A stretch of 64,000 nt of DNA from Trypanosoma brucei (lineage: Eukaryota): positions 2,112,001-2,176,000 of the forward strand of contig CP000070.1 in the NCBI GenBank assembly GCA_000002445.1, given 5' to 3'. The notes beneath the pieces are model-generated. The model was not told the DNA's origin. It did no database searches and saw only the letters and a list, made by a program, of their open reading frames with translations. How positions within the stretch are numbered: the first letter of the stretch is position 1; each line of letters begins with the position of its first letter. This document shows positions 1 to 11,227 of this stretch, piece by piece. A program made the translations under genes and the position numbers.

Positions 1-739
1 CCATTTTCCTTTTTTCCCTTCTTTCACATCTTTGGGCGTGCACGACGCGACCTCAGTGACACGCAAAAAAAAAAAAAGGCAAAAACTTCCAGCATATCTC
101 ATAACAACATGCGTATGGACAAGCAAGAGGACGAGCTAAATTCGACTCTCCCCCTCCCACCTCTCAAAAAAAAAAAAAACACTAAACACTACACAAATAC
201 AATCATATAAGCACGTAACCACACATAAATAAATAAATATATTTATGTTCATGTGAATATAAGTAATAACAGCGTAACAAAAAATGAATAAGTGTGCGCA
301 ACCGAGGTGGAAAATGGGGGGGGGGTTGTACACCGTAGAAAATGAGCATCCTACCTCTTGAAAGAGAGTGTGACACCGCTTTTCGTCTCCCTGTTTTTAT
401 AAATGCAAACGCTGCACGACCCCCTTGTCTGCGATTCCCGTTCGCACTAACAGCTTTGGGTCCCTGCAGCTATGATGAGGTCTTTGCTTATTCCCTCTAT
501 GTGCAAGCTCTATAGTTCCACTTCGACTTCTCACTGCTTCTTCGCGCTTTCTCTCTCTCTCTCTATCTCGTTCTCCTCTTTTAAAGACCCTCTATCTTTA
601 CGCATGTGTATGTGTGCGGTACGCCTGCCCCCATTTTTTAAAAATAACTTCTATTATTTCTGTTTCCTCCTTTTCACCGCTCTTACCTCTCTCTATTTGT
701 ACCCATCTCGGTGGACATATGTGATCAGCGCTCCGAACG

Positions 740-2929
740 CTACACTTCATTCAGCATCCTATCGATGTCCTGAGGGTTAAGGAAGCCCGTGCTGTTCATT
801 GTACTGTTATTGGTTTCGCTGCGCCCCCGACGACTGTGGCGTCGCCCACCCTCGCCACCGCTTTGGTCATCCCAGTCATTAAAATCTCCACTACGAGCAT
901 TACGGCTGCCATCGCGGTGGCCCCTCCGACGGCTGCGGCTGCGGCGCCCGCGGTCCGCTTGAATATCACCTTCGTCCTCACCCGTAACAGAGCGCCCCGG
1001 TGAAGTTCCAAAGCCGGAGGGTTCCATGGTTTCTCCCGTCTCCGCCCCGCCGCGGCTATGACTGCGGTCACCCCTCCGTCTGCTGTGATCCCTGCGGCGA
1101 CGGCGACTGCGCTCATGCACTTCCCCTCCCTCAGCCTCGTCACCCGTCATACTGCTCTGCATCATCCGCTGCTGCTGTTGTAGTTGTTGCTGCACATGTT
1201 GTTGTTGTTGTTGCTGTTGTAGCTGTTGCCCGTGGGGCTGCATTTGCCCCGGGTTCATGGGTACCTGTGGGTACGAACCGGGTTGGGCCCCGGCGGCCCA
1301 GTTAGAGGCATACCGAAGGCTCGGCATGGATGGATCACGATCAATCGTGCTTTCGTCAACACATGAAGCGAAAAATGGTTTGCCCGTTCCGGTGAGCAGC
1401 CGCCATTGGCTGTCTGAGAAGCCGAGCCGCCTTGTATCCGCAAAATCCATAAAGAACATGTCGAGGCGGATGCAGCCCGGCATCTCATCTAGGGGAACAT
1501 CCGGTCGCAAGTTACCAAGCCCGGGATTACACATAGTTCTGTAGATGAGCCAAGGTATGATGAGCACAAACCACAACGCAATCTCAATCAGAATGTTTGA
1601 AATTGGCCACGCAAGGTAGATCGTCACACAGACGACTGTTGCGATAAACCGCTGATGGAATGCTGTGAGGAACTGCTGTAGCTCGCCACTTGCCCTGTCT
1701 CTATATTGCTGCGACTGTGCCATGTAGGATGCCATTAGCGTGTACGTCCACGTAACCACAGCAAAACCCATTACGAACCATGCGCAACGCATGGTCTCAT
1801 AGAAGGGTGTGCCATAGACTTGTATGGGATCAGCTGCACCCGTTCTCGGTGACATCTGCAACCCGGGCTGCATCTGGGTATTTTGACTGCCTTGTTGTGA
1901 GTCGTTAATGGTGGCGTCCAGCTGCCCTTTCACGCTTGGATAGCCCATTGCTGACCCTTGGTGACCCCCATGTTGATGTTGACTTGATGCCAGAGGATCG
2001 TTCTCATCGTTTGCCCCCCTGTTGCTCCGGCGGTGGAAGTTGATCAAATAAGCATACAAAAGAGTGAAGAGGGAATATATCATGGCCAGGAAATACATGG
2101 CGTTCCGTTGCGTACTCCACGTTTTCAGCTGTACTGTAAGTGCGAAAGCATCGATACCATCCCCCATGCACAACCTTGAATCGGTAAAGAATCCGTCAGT
2201 GCACCCACCGCTACTGGAAACAATATTACTGTTTATTTTCGCCTGTAGGGCCCTCGTGTTCGGTACCTTAAACTTGACAAGGATGTTGTCTTTGTCGCCA
2301 AGCGACATTACAGTGGCGAAGGCCGAGGTACTGAGCAGAAAGAAAAATACCATAGCGACAAATGTCCTATCACACATGGAGGCACAACAATTCAGTGGCC
2401 CCCCCGGCTCGGTGGGCGGTCCACAACAATACGGATTCGTCCCTTCGGTGGCGGTGCAGCAGCAACCACTACTGGCGGCACCCGGCCTCTCATAGTTGCA
2501 ACAACCCGGTACCGCGGCCGCTTCAGAGTACCTTCGGTCGTACATATTGGGGTTCCCCCTGTATCCCTGATAATTTGGCGGTGGGTAACCCCACATTGGT
2601 TGCTGCCCGTTGGAGTCTCCTTGCATTTGCTGCTGCTGAAATTGCTGCGGCGGTGCTTGCTGCATCTGCATCTGTTGTTGCGGCTGCTGCTGCATCTGTT
2701 GCTGTGGTATTTGTTGCATTTGGGCATCCGGCAACATTTGCATATGCACTTGTTGTTGTGGTTGCTGTGGCTGCTGCGGAGGTGTACCATTTGAATATCC
2801 GCTGTAAGGCCGCGCATATGGCATGCTGTACCCACTGTTTGCAGCATTCCACTGCTGCATGTTGCCAGGTGGGCTCATTTGTTGCTGTGGGTACATCGTA
2901 CCGTCACCTGACCCGTAGCGCACAAACAA
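740..2929 (-). CDS. Hypothetical multipass membrane protein with a Q/P/Y-rich N-terminal region, a central block of ~5-6 hydrophobic helices, a second poly-Q stretch and an Arg/Ser/Asp-rich C-terminal tail (RS-like)
   Basis: 729-aa uninterrupted ORF on the same strand as neighbouring genes. The N-terminus is dominated by CAG/CAA codon runs (QQPQQPQQQ). The central segment (FVAMVFFFLLSTSAF, MYFLAMIYSLFTLLYAYLINF, WFVMGFAVVTWTYTLMASYM, IATVVCVTIYLAWPISNILIEIALWFVLIIPWLIY) is clearly transmembrane. The C-terminus is HSRRRGDRSHSRGG...RRSRSRRRGHRDGSR. The topology resembles Yip1-family proteins, but that assignment is unverified. Confidence 0.55.
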   Translation of the reverse strand: MFVRYGSGDGTMYPQQQMSPPGNMQQWNAANSGYSMPYARPYSGYSNGTPPQQPQQPQQQVHMQMLPDAQMQQIPQQQMQQQPQQQMQMQQAPPQQFQQQQMQGDSNGQQPMWGYPPPNYQGYRGNPNMYDRRYSEAAAVPGCCNYERPGAASSGCCCTATEGTNPYCCGPPTEPGGPLNCCASMCDRTFVAMVFFFLLSTSAFATVMSLGDKDNILVKFKVPNTRALQAKINSNIVSSSGGCTDGFFTDSRLCMGDGIDAFALTVQLKTWSTQRNAMYFLAMIYSLFTLLYAYLINFHRRSNRGANDENDPLASSQHQHGGHQGSAMGYPSVKGQLDATINDSQQGSQNTQMQPGLQMSPRTGAADPIQVYGTPFYETMRCAWFVMGFAVVTWTYTLMASYMAQSQQYRDRASGELQQFLTAFHQRFIATVVCVTIYLAWPISNILIEIALWFVLIIPWLIYRTMCNPGLGNLRPDVPLDEMPGCIRLDMFFMDFADTRRLGFSDSQWRLLTGTGKPFFASCVDESTIDRDPSMPSLRYASNWAAGAQPGSYPQVPMNPGQMQPHGQQLQQQQQQQHVQQQLQQQQRMMQSSMTGDEAEGGEVHERSRRRRRDHSRRRGDRSHSRGGAETGETMEPSGFGTSPGRSVTGEDEGDIQADRGRRSRSRRRGHRDGSRNARSGDFNDWDDQSGGEGGRRHSRRGRSETNNSTMNSTGFLNPQDIDRMLNEV

Positions 2930-3600
2930 ATGGGGGTCACTAAAGTTGCGTTTGCTTTCAAATGCACTTTCCTTTTATATCTGCCCACTCCCCGTGCCAC
3001 TACTGCTTGTTCCGCCCCTATTAAACGCTGCCTTGTAGCACAAGAAGCGACTACTAAAAATTCTTACGACATAAAGAATCAACGCAAAAAGGGTAAGGAT
3101 ACAGCAAAAAAAGGTTTATTGTCGTCGATGCTGCAAAGACAACTTACAGTAGCGCATACAAACTCAAATGTTGGCCCAACGGCAACACAGCGAAACAGAA
3201 CGCACAGACGCACACGTACGCATAAAATTCACGCCTCCTCTGCTACTTTTTCACATCTTCCTCTGATGCATCAACTACTTTAGGGGGCTGATGGAGTTGC
3301 AAGCCCTTGGCTCATCCTTCAGGCACGTATAGCTCAGTGGAAATTTTTTTCTTTTTTCTTTTTCTCTTGTCCGCGCAAGGAGGACGTGAGGTTTTGATTC
3401 CCAACTCGTCCGCACTTTTCTTCCCTTCTATGCATCCTTTTCATGAAGATGTTAACGTTGCCACATCGCATTTCTTCTGCCGTTTCCGGCACCTCCGATT
3501 AACGTATTCGACATGACCGACGGGTGATCAAACATACGAACTCGTAAACAAACAAACAAATAAATGAGGAAATGTCGGGCACTATCGACATGGCTTTCCC

Positions 3601-4839
3601 TCAAATATGCCGATAGTCGTAGTCCTCCGGATTCATTCCTGCGTCCTCGATACTACTGTTGGATTGCGACATCTCAGGTGCTCCCAACTTGGTCAGCCCC
3701 CTAACCCACCACTCCAACTCTTGCTCAGTGTTAATGACTTGCTTGTTTCCGAACTCCAATCGCAGCTCTGTCCACTCCTCCCGACGCGTATTGTTTTCGC
3801 CACCACCATCGGCATTTCCCGCGTCGAGACTCTCCTGCGTGCCCATGGCCCAGAGTCCCTTTTGGTCGATTTCAAACACAAACGCATTCGCTAGCTTCAG
3901 GGAATAGTTCATATTGAGTGAGGGGACCAACTTCTGCCGTGCAAGATTAAGCATCCTCACGAAGCGCGGTGAGCAGCGACACAACGGATCGGGTTCTGCG
4001 ATGAGTGGTTCCCACACACGATGTGTCTGTGAAGTGCAGTCCATCCACAGTTGTACATCGGGCTTTAGTCGCAGTACCGCAAAAGCATCAGGCTTAATCA
4101 CATACACCGGGCGCTCTTCGTCTTCCTCTGGTGTCGGGTTTCGCTCACGTTCTCGAAATTTCGCCCGCCAATCACTGCTACTCATACGCCTCATCCGCTT
4201 TTCATCTTCTTCCCGCTCCCGACGCTCAATCGTAACGATCTCCTCCTCAGTTTTACTTTCCTTTCGGTTCCACATCTCCTGTGCGATGCTGTGGATTACC
4301 GGATGACGAACGAATGTACGTTCCCAAGCTTCCTGCAGGAGATCGCCCGAAAGCACTTCGAACCGACCTGAGACAATGGCCCGTGGTGGGAGGGTGCCAA
4401 GTTGCTTAAACCAGTGGAACAACTGCGGGTCGGTATGACCAAACATGAAACTACCACGCGGGCAGTCAACGATGTTGCGGAAATGGTCCGAGTTCTTCGG
4501 AATCGCAATCAAAAGGGACCATTTGTCATCACGGTCGCGGTCGAACTTGTGAACTGCATGAGGCTGCAAATCGCTCTTCACGGGTGAGTTAGCACCGTCA
4601 TTGTTGTTGTTCTCACCACCACCTCCACTTTTATTATCGCTATCGTTGTTACTACCCCCATAGTCGAAGGGGATGCTTGCATCCTTGAGACGACGTACAT
4701 TGCTTGTGGTAAGTTGGCCTAAGCGATAAGTCCACATCATGTTGTAGAAGCGAGCGGGCAAGATATCGCCGAGGTTCGACTTGACTTTGGTCTTAATTGT
4801 CTTTGCTACCCCAACCCCAACATTTCCGCCTGAAGACAT
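3601..4839 (-). CDS. Hypothetical protein (412 aa), acidic/charged central region, no recognisable catalytic motif
   Basis: Long ORF co-oriented with its neighbours. It begins with a G/V-rich N-terminus and contains an ER-rich low-complexity linker (ERREREEDEKRMRR). A purine-rich plus-strand stretch (pyrimidine-rich in sense) lies just 5' of the ATG. Confidence 0.5.
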   Translation of the reverse strand: MSSGGNVGVGVAKTIKTKVKSNLGDILPARFYNMMWTYRLGQLTTSNVRRLKDASIPFDYGGSNNDSDNKSGGGGENNNNDGANSPVKSDLQPHAVHKFDRDRDDKWSLLIAIPKNSDHFRNIVDCPRGSFMFGHTDPQLFHWFKQLGTLPPRAIVSGRFEVLSGDLLQEAWERTFVRHPVIHSIAQEMWNRKESKTEEEIVTIERREREEDEKRMRRMSSSDWRAKFRERERNPTPEEDEERPVYVIKPDAFAVLRLKPDVQLWMDCTSQTHRVWEPLIAEPDPLCRCSPRFVRMLNLARQKLVPSLNMNYSLKLANAFVFEIDQKGLWAMGTQESLDAGNADGGGENNTRREEWTELRLEFGNKQVINTEQELEWWVRGLTKLGAPEMSQSNSSIEDAGMNPEDYDYRHI

Positions 4840-5790
4840 AAGTTTTACTTTGCTTCACCTCACACCCACACGCAAAAATAAAAAGAGTTCGATCGCCGCG
4901 TCAGGGGCCTTGCCTTCAAAAAAAAAAAAGACTGGTGGTGAGCTACACTGTTGGTAGCTAGTGTGCAAGTCGGTAGAAGATGAAACCGCACAGCACCCTA
5001 TACATGGGAGTACAACTCACGTTTACAATAGAGGCAAGCGAATAACAGGAAGAATCCAAACATGACCAAAAATAACTGATATAAGTGTTTCGTATATTCA
5101 CCAAATGTATCCGTACAGCGGGGTATTCGGTAATTACGGGGGAAAAGCAACCGCATGTGTGTGCGTGCGGCAAAAGATGACGCCCCCTCCGATAAACGTG
5201 ACCCATATATATCAAATTATAAGGTGGCATTTCGACAGCTCACGAGCACAGCAAAAGGAGACCGCAAGAAATCAACAAAAAAAGCAAAGGAAAAGCTCGC
5301 ACTCTTCACCCCCCCCAAAAAAAAATACAATGAGATCACTACACACCATTCGCCACAAAAATTTGGCAGCCACCACAGGCGGAAGGAAGCTCCAACTTTA
5401 CATCCCCCCATCACGGTTTAGTTCCATGCTCCGCTGCTGCATCGTAGGCTACAAAATTTTTATACGTTTGTGTCTTCAATCGAACCCCTCGCCTGTTACG
5501 CACAAATTTACCACACAGACAGACACAAGTGTATACATGTATACATTACATGCAACGCCCGCCATTTCCTTTGGCCCATTTTCATCGTTCACACCTTTGC
5601 AAATATCACGACCACATTACCCTCTTTTTCTTCATCACCTCTCCCTTTTCAGGCTATGCGTTCCGCCATGTACTTTGGCATCCTTTCTTCCGTTCGCCTG
5701 TCTATGTTCCACTCTGCGACCGTGGTTCAAAATGTTTCGCATCATTAACTTTCCCCCCTTCACCCCAACAGCTGCACCGCCACTCTCCAT

Positions 5791-7137
5791 TCAGATCAAC
5801 GCCATGCGTTCGACTAGGAAAGCTGCAGCACCATAACTCAAAAACATCAAGACGAGAAGGGCGGTTAACGGAATGCCCTTTTGATTCTTCACGGCAGCGA
5901 CGGCGGACGTCGCGGGGGGAATGCGCATTATCACATCCGCTACAGCCGTACGGCGGCACCCCACTGAGCTCTCACCAGGAATTCCGTTCATTGCTTCGGT
6001 GCCAGTGCCTGCTGGTGAGGCGATGTTATTACTACCCCCACCCATCCCCGGATCGGCTTCTGGCGTTTTCATTTGCGAGATACTGGCTGCCTCTTCAGGG
6101 TGGATGCGGGGCCCACTGCGCAAAGCTTTAATGCCAAACTTCAGCGCCTGCAATTCGCCACCTCCGGCGGAGCTGGTGGGACCGGCAGCTGCACCATCAT
6201 TGTTAGTTGCACACGCTGGATCCCGTCGGAGCCGGTCACTTAACTTTCTGTGAATCATAGAGGTTACAAGTCGTGCATTCGGTGGTACAACCACCTGCTC
6301 CTCCTCATGACGTTCACTACTTCGATGGCTACCACTGTTGACGCTACTGGCGGTGCGCTGGACCTCATCACTGCTAATGGCACGGTTGTGTGCCCTGTGA
6401 CTCCTATTCTTGTCACTGTTGTTTCTCACAGCGCTGCCGTAGGCATCAGCCACAGCAGCCCCACTGTTGCAGTGCTTGTTGTCGTTACTAATAGTCATTG
6501 CAGTGGCCGTCGTCGAGGCATTGCTTGTAGCGGTTCCTGAGGCTTCATCACCTCCATCATTATGACTATGGTCGCTGAACCCTTCCCCCCTGCGGCCCTG
6601 CGTCTCATGCAGAGCCCTAACAACACCTCTCGTGTACGCTCGCAGGAACACTGTAGGACCTTGTGTTGCCTTTAGTTTACCTTCCGACACTTGCTCCCAC
6701 AACTCTCGTGCTGCCGTCTCAACGGTATTGGAACCCCTTCTATGAGGTCGTGAGAGTTCCTGAGTTAGGTGCTCGTGTGTTGCGGCGTCGGGCACGACGA
6801 GAAGGTACTCAATTGCAAAGCGGTCGCTATTATCCCTCCGCAGTGACGGTGGTGGCGGCTCTAATGGGTCGTCAGACTGCGGCCGAAGTCCGAAAGTAAT
6901 CGAAACAGCTGGTGGTTGTGGAGGTTTGCGACCGCTGTCATCGCTCACTAAGATGGTTCCATACCGTGGCACGATGTAGAACTTGTGTGGATTAGAGGCC
7001 TTGACCTTGAAAAGGACCACGCTGCGTGGCTGCTGAGCCGAGGCGGTGGCTGGGGCCCGCCACGTAAGAGTAACGATATTGTCCACAGACTCACCATCCG
7101 GAAAGTACAGACCGCTGCAGGACGCCACCAGTGCCAT
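5791..7137 (-). CDS. MSP-domain (VAP/VAMP-associated-protein-like) tail-anchored membrane protein
   Basis: The N-terminal ~125 aa carry MSP-domain signatures (VVLFKVKASNPHKFYIVPRYGTILVSD..., compare VAP KVKTTAPRRYCVRPNSG). A long Ser/Ala-rich disordered middle follows. There is a single C-terminal transmembrane helix (LTALLVLMFLSYGAAAFLV) seven residues from the stop, typical of a tail-anchored VAP. Confidence 0.6.
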   Translation of the reverse strand: MALVASCSGLYFPDGESVDNIVTLTWRAPATASAQQPRSVVLFKVKASNPHKFYIVPRYGTILVSDDSGRKPPQPPAVSITFGLRPQSDDPLEPPPPSLRRDNSDRFAIEYLLVVPDAATHEHLTQELSRPHRRGSNTVETAARELWEQVSEGKLKATQGPTVFLRAYTRGVVRALHETQGRRGEGFSDHSHNDGGDEASGTATSNASTTATAMTISNDNKHCNSGAAVADAYGSAVRNNSDKNRSHRAHNRAISSDEVQRTASSVNSGSHRSSERHEEEQVVVPPNARLVTSMIHRKLSDRLRRDPACATNNDGAAAGPTSSAGGGELQALKFGIKALRSGPRIHPEEAASISQMKTPEADPGMGGGSNNIASPAGTGTEAMNGIPGESSVGCRRTAVADVIMRIPPATSAVAAVKNQKGIPLTALLVLMFLSYGAAAFLVERMALI

Positions 7138-7982
7138 TTTTAAGAAGCATGCTTAAGACGAAGGGAAAGAATAATGCGAACACAAATTAATGAGCACCAG
7201 TGTAAACATATGTTGGTACGTGCGCGGCAAACATCAGCGTAGATATGCGCTTACATGGCTGTTTGAAGGAACACAAAAGGAAAGGCGTCAGCACAAATGC
7301 AGGTTGGACAAAGAGTGTGTAGACCGGTTAGGAAGTACCGCTTCGCAACATTAAGATGAAGGGCCCTGTGTGGAAGGCACCGGTCAAAGGGGAAGGGATA
7401 GAGCAGCGGCAAGCTTCAACTCAACATAAACCCAAGCGGCTGCACACAGTGACAAAATATTCACCAGCCCCCTCAAGTAAACACTTCACATGGGTAGAGA
7501 AGCGGGCAGCCTCATATCTCGTTCAAAATAGTTACAGAAACAATAGGATGGTGCAACAGAAGGCGATTCAAGAGGGGTCGCTGCCTGTTCGCTTTTTTCC
7601 CCGTGACCACAGTGGAAGTAACCTGACAGCTGGACACGGAACGACGACATCCGATAGCAGCGTTTCCCTCTTCACCATTTCCATACAAACTTCATCAACA
7701 GCACTTATTGCCAACATAGGTTAAATGCACCACTTCAAGTAGCGTCCGCAAACAACATCGACCTTCAGTCGACAGGAGGGGAAACTGGGGAGGTACCTGC
7801 CAGTAGTTGGATCCCACCCATTTGAGCGATCCGCTACATGCCAGTGTTAACTCACAAGAACGTGACTGTACCTGTGTTGTCCTATATTCCCTCACTTCAA
7901 AGAGGGGAAAAAAGGGAGGAACTGCTGCAAAGAAAAGAAAAGGAGAGAACAACAAGAAAACAAACGGTCGGTTCACTGTTAT

Positions 7983-7984
<2 letters not shown>

Positions 7985-8020
<36 letters not shown>
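7985..8020. repeat. (AC)18 dinucleotide microsatellite in the intergenic region
   Basis: Perfect acacac... run read directly from the sequence, between the MSP-domain gene and CRK2. This is a typical trypanosomatid intergenic microsatellite. Confidence 0.95.
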
Positions 8021-8022
<2 letters not shown>

Positions 8023-8946
8023 CTGCTCCGCTTCGTGGTGTTCGTGTTTTCCCATTTAATTTAGCCATCACTGGAGCTCATTGTGCATTGTTGCGGTGTG
8101 GCCGCTAGTCACTCATCGAAGACACTGCAAGGCTAACCAAAAGCTCACTAAAACGTGTAGATACTTATGACATACGCTGTATTCAAGGGGAAACTAATAC
8201 ACTCTCTATGGACAGATGCATACATATATAGAAATAAACAAATATACGATCTTTCATCCACCACCTTTCGTTTCCTCTCTTCTTTTCATCTGACTGCTCC
8301 GCAGCAGTCTCCATCGCTCACCGCGTCTTCTTTTTCAAACCCCTCACCATCCTTTCGCCCTGATTTGCCGGCCCCCAGGTCAGATTTGTGAGAGCGAAGG
8401 AAGATAAGCAAATGAACAAGCCAATAACCCCCTGATTCTTTGACCGGTACGCATGCTTGTGCATGCTCCGGTCCAAGCATGAGGGACATCATCCGCAACT
8501 CAGTAAACGCAGACGCACGCAATGATGTGATATCCGTGTGTAACGACACAGACTCATTTACGTACGCCCTTGTAATCTATACATCATCCGGAGTCTGGGA
8601 TTAGCGTTGGGAGTATGACAAACGAAGAGATAGCAATACAAGAAAAGGTTTGCGTGTCAGCGCATCACCTCCCCCTTCCCAAACCAGGAAGGCCAACACC
8701 CCCCTCCGATGTTAAACCGCGATTCCACCTCCTTTCCCCTAACTTTGCGTTGTCCTTACTTTTCCTTTTCTCTATCTTTTTTCCACTCCGCACGAAACTT
8801 TATAAGCTATCTCTTCACGGCCATTTCGAATCCTCAGCCATGCCGTTTCCCCTCGACAACTCTTCCTCAACCTATCCACAAAGGCAGGCGTATACACAAA
8901 GTGCCCGTCCATCTCTTCATAAAGTCGTACTGTTTCCCACCACTGC

Positions 8947-9984
8947 TTAAGCTCCGTTGAACCGCATCAACTTTTCCACTTCTTCCTCACGCACCTCATC
9001 AAAGTATGAGTGTTGAAGAGCCTCATAAGCGGTTATACGTTCCCTCGGGTTGTAGCACAGCATGCGCCGCAGTAAATCTACACCGTCGTCGTCCAACGCG
9101 GGAACTGCAGTGCGCAGTGGCTTCGCGGTCCACCGCGGGAAGTTAACGTTGTGGTGGGGTAGCGATGTGACGCCGCGCCAAGTTGCCTCCGTCGGTGTGC
9201 CGAGCAACTGGAATATGGAAAAGAGCTGATTGATGGCGGTATCCCCCGCGAAGAGCGACCTGCGACGGGCAAGTTCAGCAAAGACACACCCCATCGACCA
9301 CACATCCACAGCGGGGAGGTACTGTTTGTCCCCAAGGAGCACCTCGGGGGCACGGTACCACAGCGTCATAACCTCCGTTGTGTATGTCTGCAGGGGCACA
9401 CGGAAGGCACGACCAAGTCCAAAATCGGCAAGTTTCACGACAGACTCCTTGCGGTCAATAAGAATATTGCTTGGCTTAATGTCACGGTGGACGAAGCGGC
9501 GACTGTGGCACTCATGCAAGCCAAGAAGCAGCTGAAACATGATACGACGAAGCTTGCCGCCAACGAAGGCGGTGTTCCGTTGCTTCAGCATCCCTTGCAA
9601 GTCTTGCTCCATGTATTCAAATATGAGCAACAGCTTCGCCTCATGCAGTACCACATCGAGAAGCCGTACCACGTATGGGTGATTCAGTTCGCGTAGCAGT
9701 GATACCTCGCGGACGGCGGTGGAAGGTACGCCGCCGTCGTTTACGATAAGCGGGATCCGCTTCATAGCTACAGTGCGGCCGGTAAAGTTGTCGTGGCACT
9801 TGTACACAATACCGTAGGAACCTTCACCAACCTTCTCTATTCGGCTATACCGGTCCGGGGTGGACGTACCTCGGAGCGGGGCGGGGCGCAGCGAGCGCGG
9901 CACGAAAGAAGCAGGGCCAGCAGAAGGAAGTGGTCGCAGCGAACCATCACATGCCGTCTGTCCTTCCTGCACCTGCACCTGCAT
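8947..9984 (-). CDS. CRK2: CDC2-related protein kinase with a PSTAVRE cyclin-binding motif and a ~45-aa N-terminal extension (CRK2-type)
   Basis: GEGSYGIVYK glycine loop, AMK lysine, PSTAVREVSLLREL (PSTAIRE variant), HRDIKPSNILI catalytic loop, DFG, WYRAPE and the CDK-type C-terminus. The Q/P/S-rich N-terminal extension before the kinase core matches the extension described for trypanosome CRK2. Confidence 0.85.
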   Translation of the reverse strand: MQVQVQEGQTACDGSLRPLPSAGPASFVPRSLRPAPLRGTSTPDRYSRIEKVGEGSYGIVYKCHDNFTGRTVAMKRIPLIVNDGGVPSTAVREVSLLRELNHPYVVRLLDVVLHEAKLLLIFEYMEQDLQGMLKQRNTAFVGGKLRRIMFQLLLGLHECHSRRFVHRDIKPSNILIDRKESVVKLADFGLGRAFRVPLQTYTTEVMTLWYRAPEVLLGDKQYLPAVDVWSMGCVFAELARRRSLFAGDTAINQLFSIFQLLGTPTEATWRGVTSLPHHNVNFPRWTAKPLRTAVPALDDDGVDLLRRMLCYNPRERITAYEALQHSYFDEVREEEVEKLMRFNGA

Positions 9985-10805
9985 CGTGGGGAAGGGGATG
10001 GAGAGTCAGAGTCTTGATGCAAAAACCTGTGGATCCGGCTCCTTGTCCACGAGTGTGAGCGTTTTTTTCCCCTACCCAATCCCTGTTCCTCCTTCTCACC
10101 CTGTATGTGTTTGTTCACTTGCTGCTAGTCTACCGCGCCGACACGTGTGGTCCCAAGAATTATGCGCCCCTTTTGCTCCTTTTCGACACACTAGCTAGTC
10201 ACTTGCGGGCAACACTCCCCACGTTATGCTTTCGTACCCAACGACGGCAGCGTATTGTCCTTACAAGCTAACCCGTAAACCTTCCTTGTTTTTTTTCCCC
10301 TCACAGATGGTATGACAAAAAGAGCACTTGGGAAACAAAGGCAGTTCCCGAGTGAACGAAGGCAGAAGCAAAAATATAATGGCAGGGGTAACCTTACGAC
10401 TTTCTTCACCCTTACTGCTGGTTGTTTCCTCTACCTGGTGGCCACTGAGGAGGGAATAAGATGGGGGGAGCTGAGGAGAACGAAATGGAAGGGCAACAAA
10501 CACGTTAACTTGCAAATACCTGCGGGACGCACGAACTTCGTTGCAAAGCATCAGCCATCCGCCGTCACACGTCTGCATCTCAGAGGCACCGGTACTGTTA
10601 CTGCTGTACTGGCGTGCATCCTCACGACGGATACATAAATATACGCTTGGTCGCTAGGTCTCGGTAGCTGGTAGGTGCCATTCCGCATCTGATCGCATAC
10701 TTCATATAAAGCCTACGAGGAAAACGCGTGTCCTCTGTGCATTTTTCTCCCTTCGCCGCGCCCAAACGGCCATCGTCCAGCCCGTTCACCGCACTCATTG
10801 ACATA

Positions 10806-11084
10806 TCAGTTAACCTGATACGATTGGGGAGCGAGAGTAATTGTTCTGATCTGCTCCCCCCGGATGAAGCGAAGGGATGCCGGTGCCGCCCCCTCGATTG
10901 ACGGCAGGTGCCCCGTAGTGCTCCAATCCTTCAGCATGATGTTGCAATGGTCGTCCACCGCCAGTAGTGTACCAGAAGTTGTCTCTCTATTCACGGTGTG
11001 CACGCGGACGGGGCAGTCCACGCTCTGCAGCAGAAACACGAAGGGATCCATGGCTTCAAACAGGGCGCGAGAAGTTTGCATCAC
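10806..11084 (-). CDS. Sm-like (LSm/Sm family) small RNA-binding protein, 92 aa
   Basis: Sm1 motif (SGTLLAVDDHCNIMLKD) and Sm2 motif (FIRGEQIRTITL) separated by an extended loop, with size typical for Sm/LSm proteins. It may be the LSm3 orthologue, but I cannot confirm this. Confidence 0.7.
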   Translation of the reverse strand: MMQTSRALFEAMDPFVFLLQSVDCPVRVHTVNRETTSGTLLAVDDHCNIMLKDWSTTGHLPSIEGAAPASLRFIRGEQIRTITLAPQSYQVN

Positions 11085-11227
11085 ACGCGATCGGCAATGG
11101 AAGGATAAGAGCGCGAAAAAAGATTAAAAAGATAAAATACGGAAAGAATCAGCATTTCAATGGGAAACGAAAATCGTTGTTAACGGTAGCCAAGGAGTCA
11201 GAGGGGACCAATTGAAGTCAGCGGGGT

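Noticed and set aside
5105-5836. 243-aa plus-strand ORF in the spacer between the hypothetical and MSP genes
   Set aside because: It sits on the opposite strand inside a minus-strand unit. The composition is low-complexity and proline/serine-rich, typical of pyrimidine-rich UTR read in frame.
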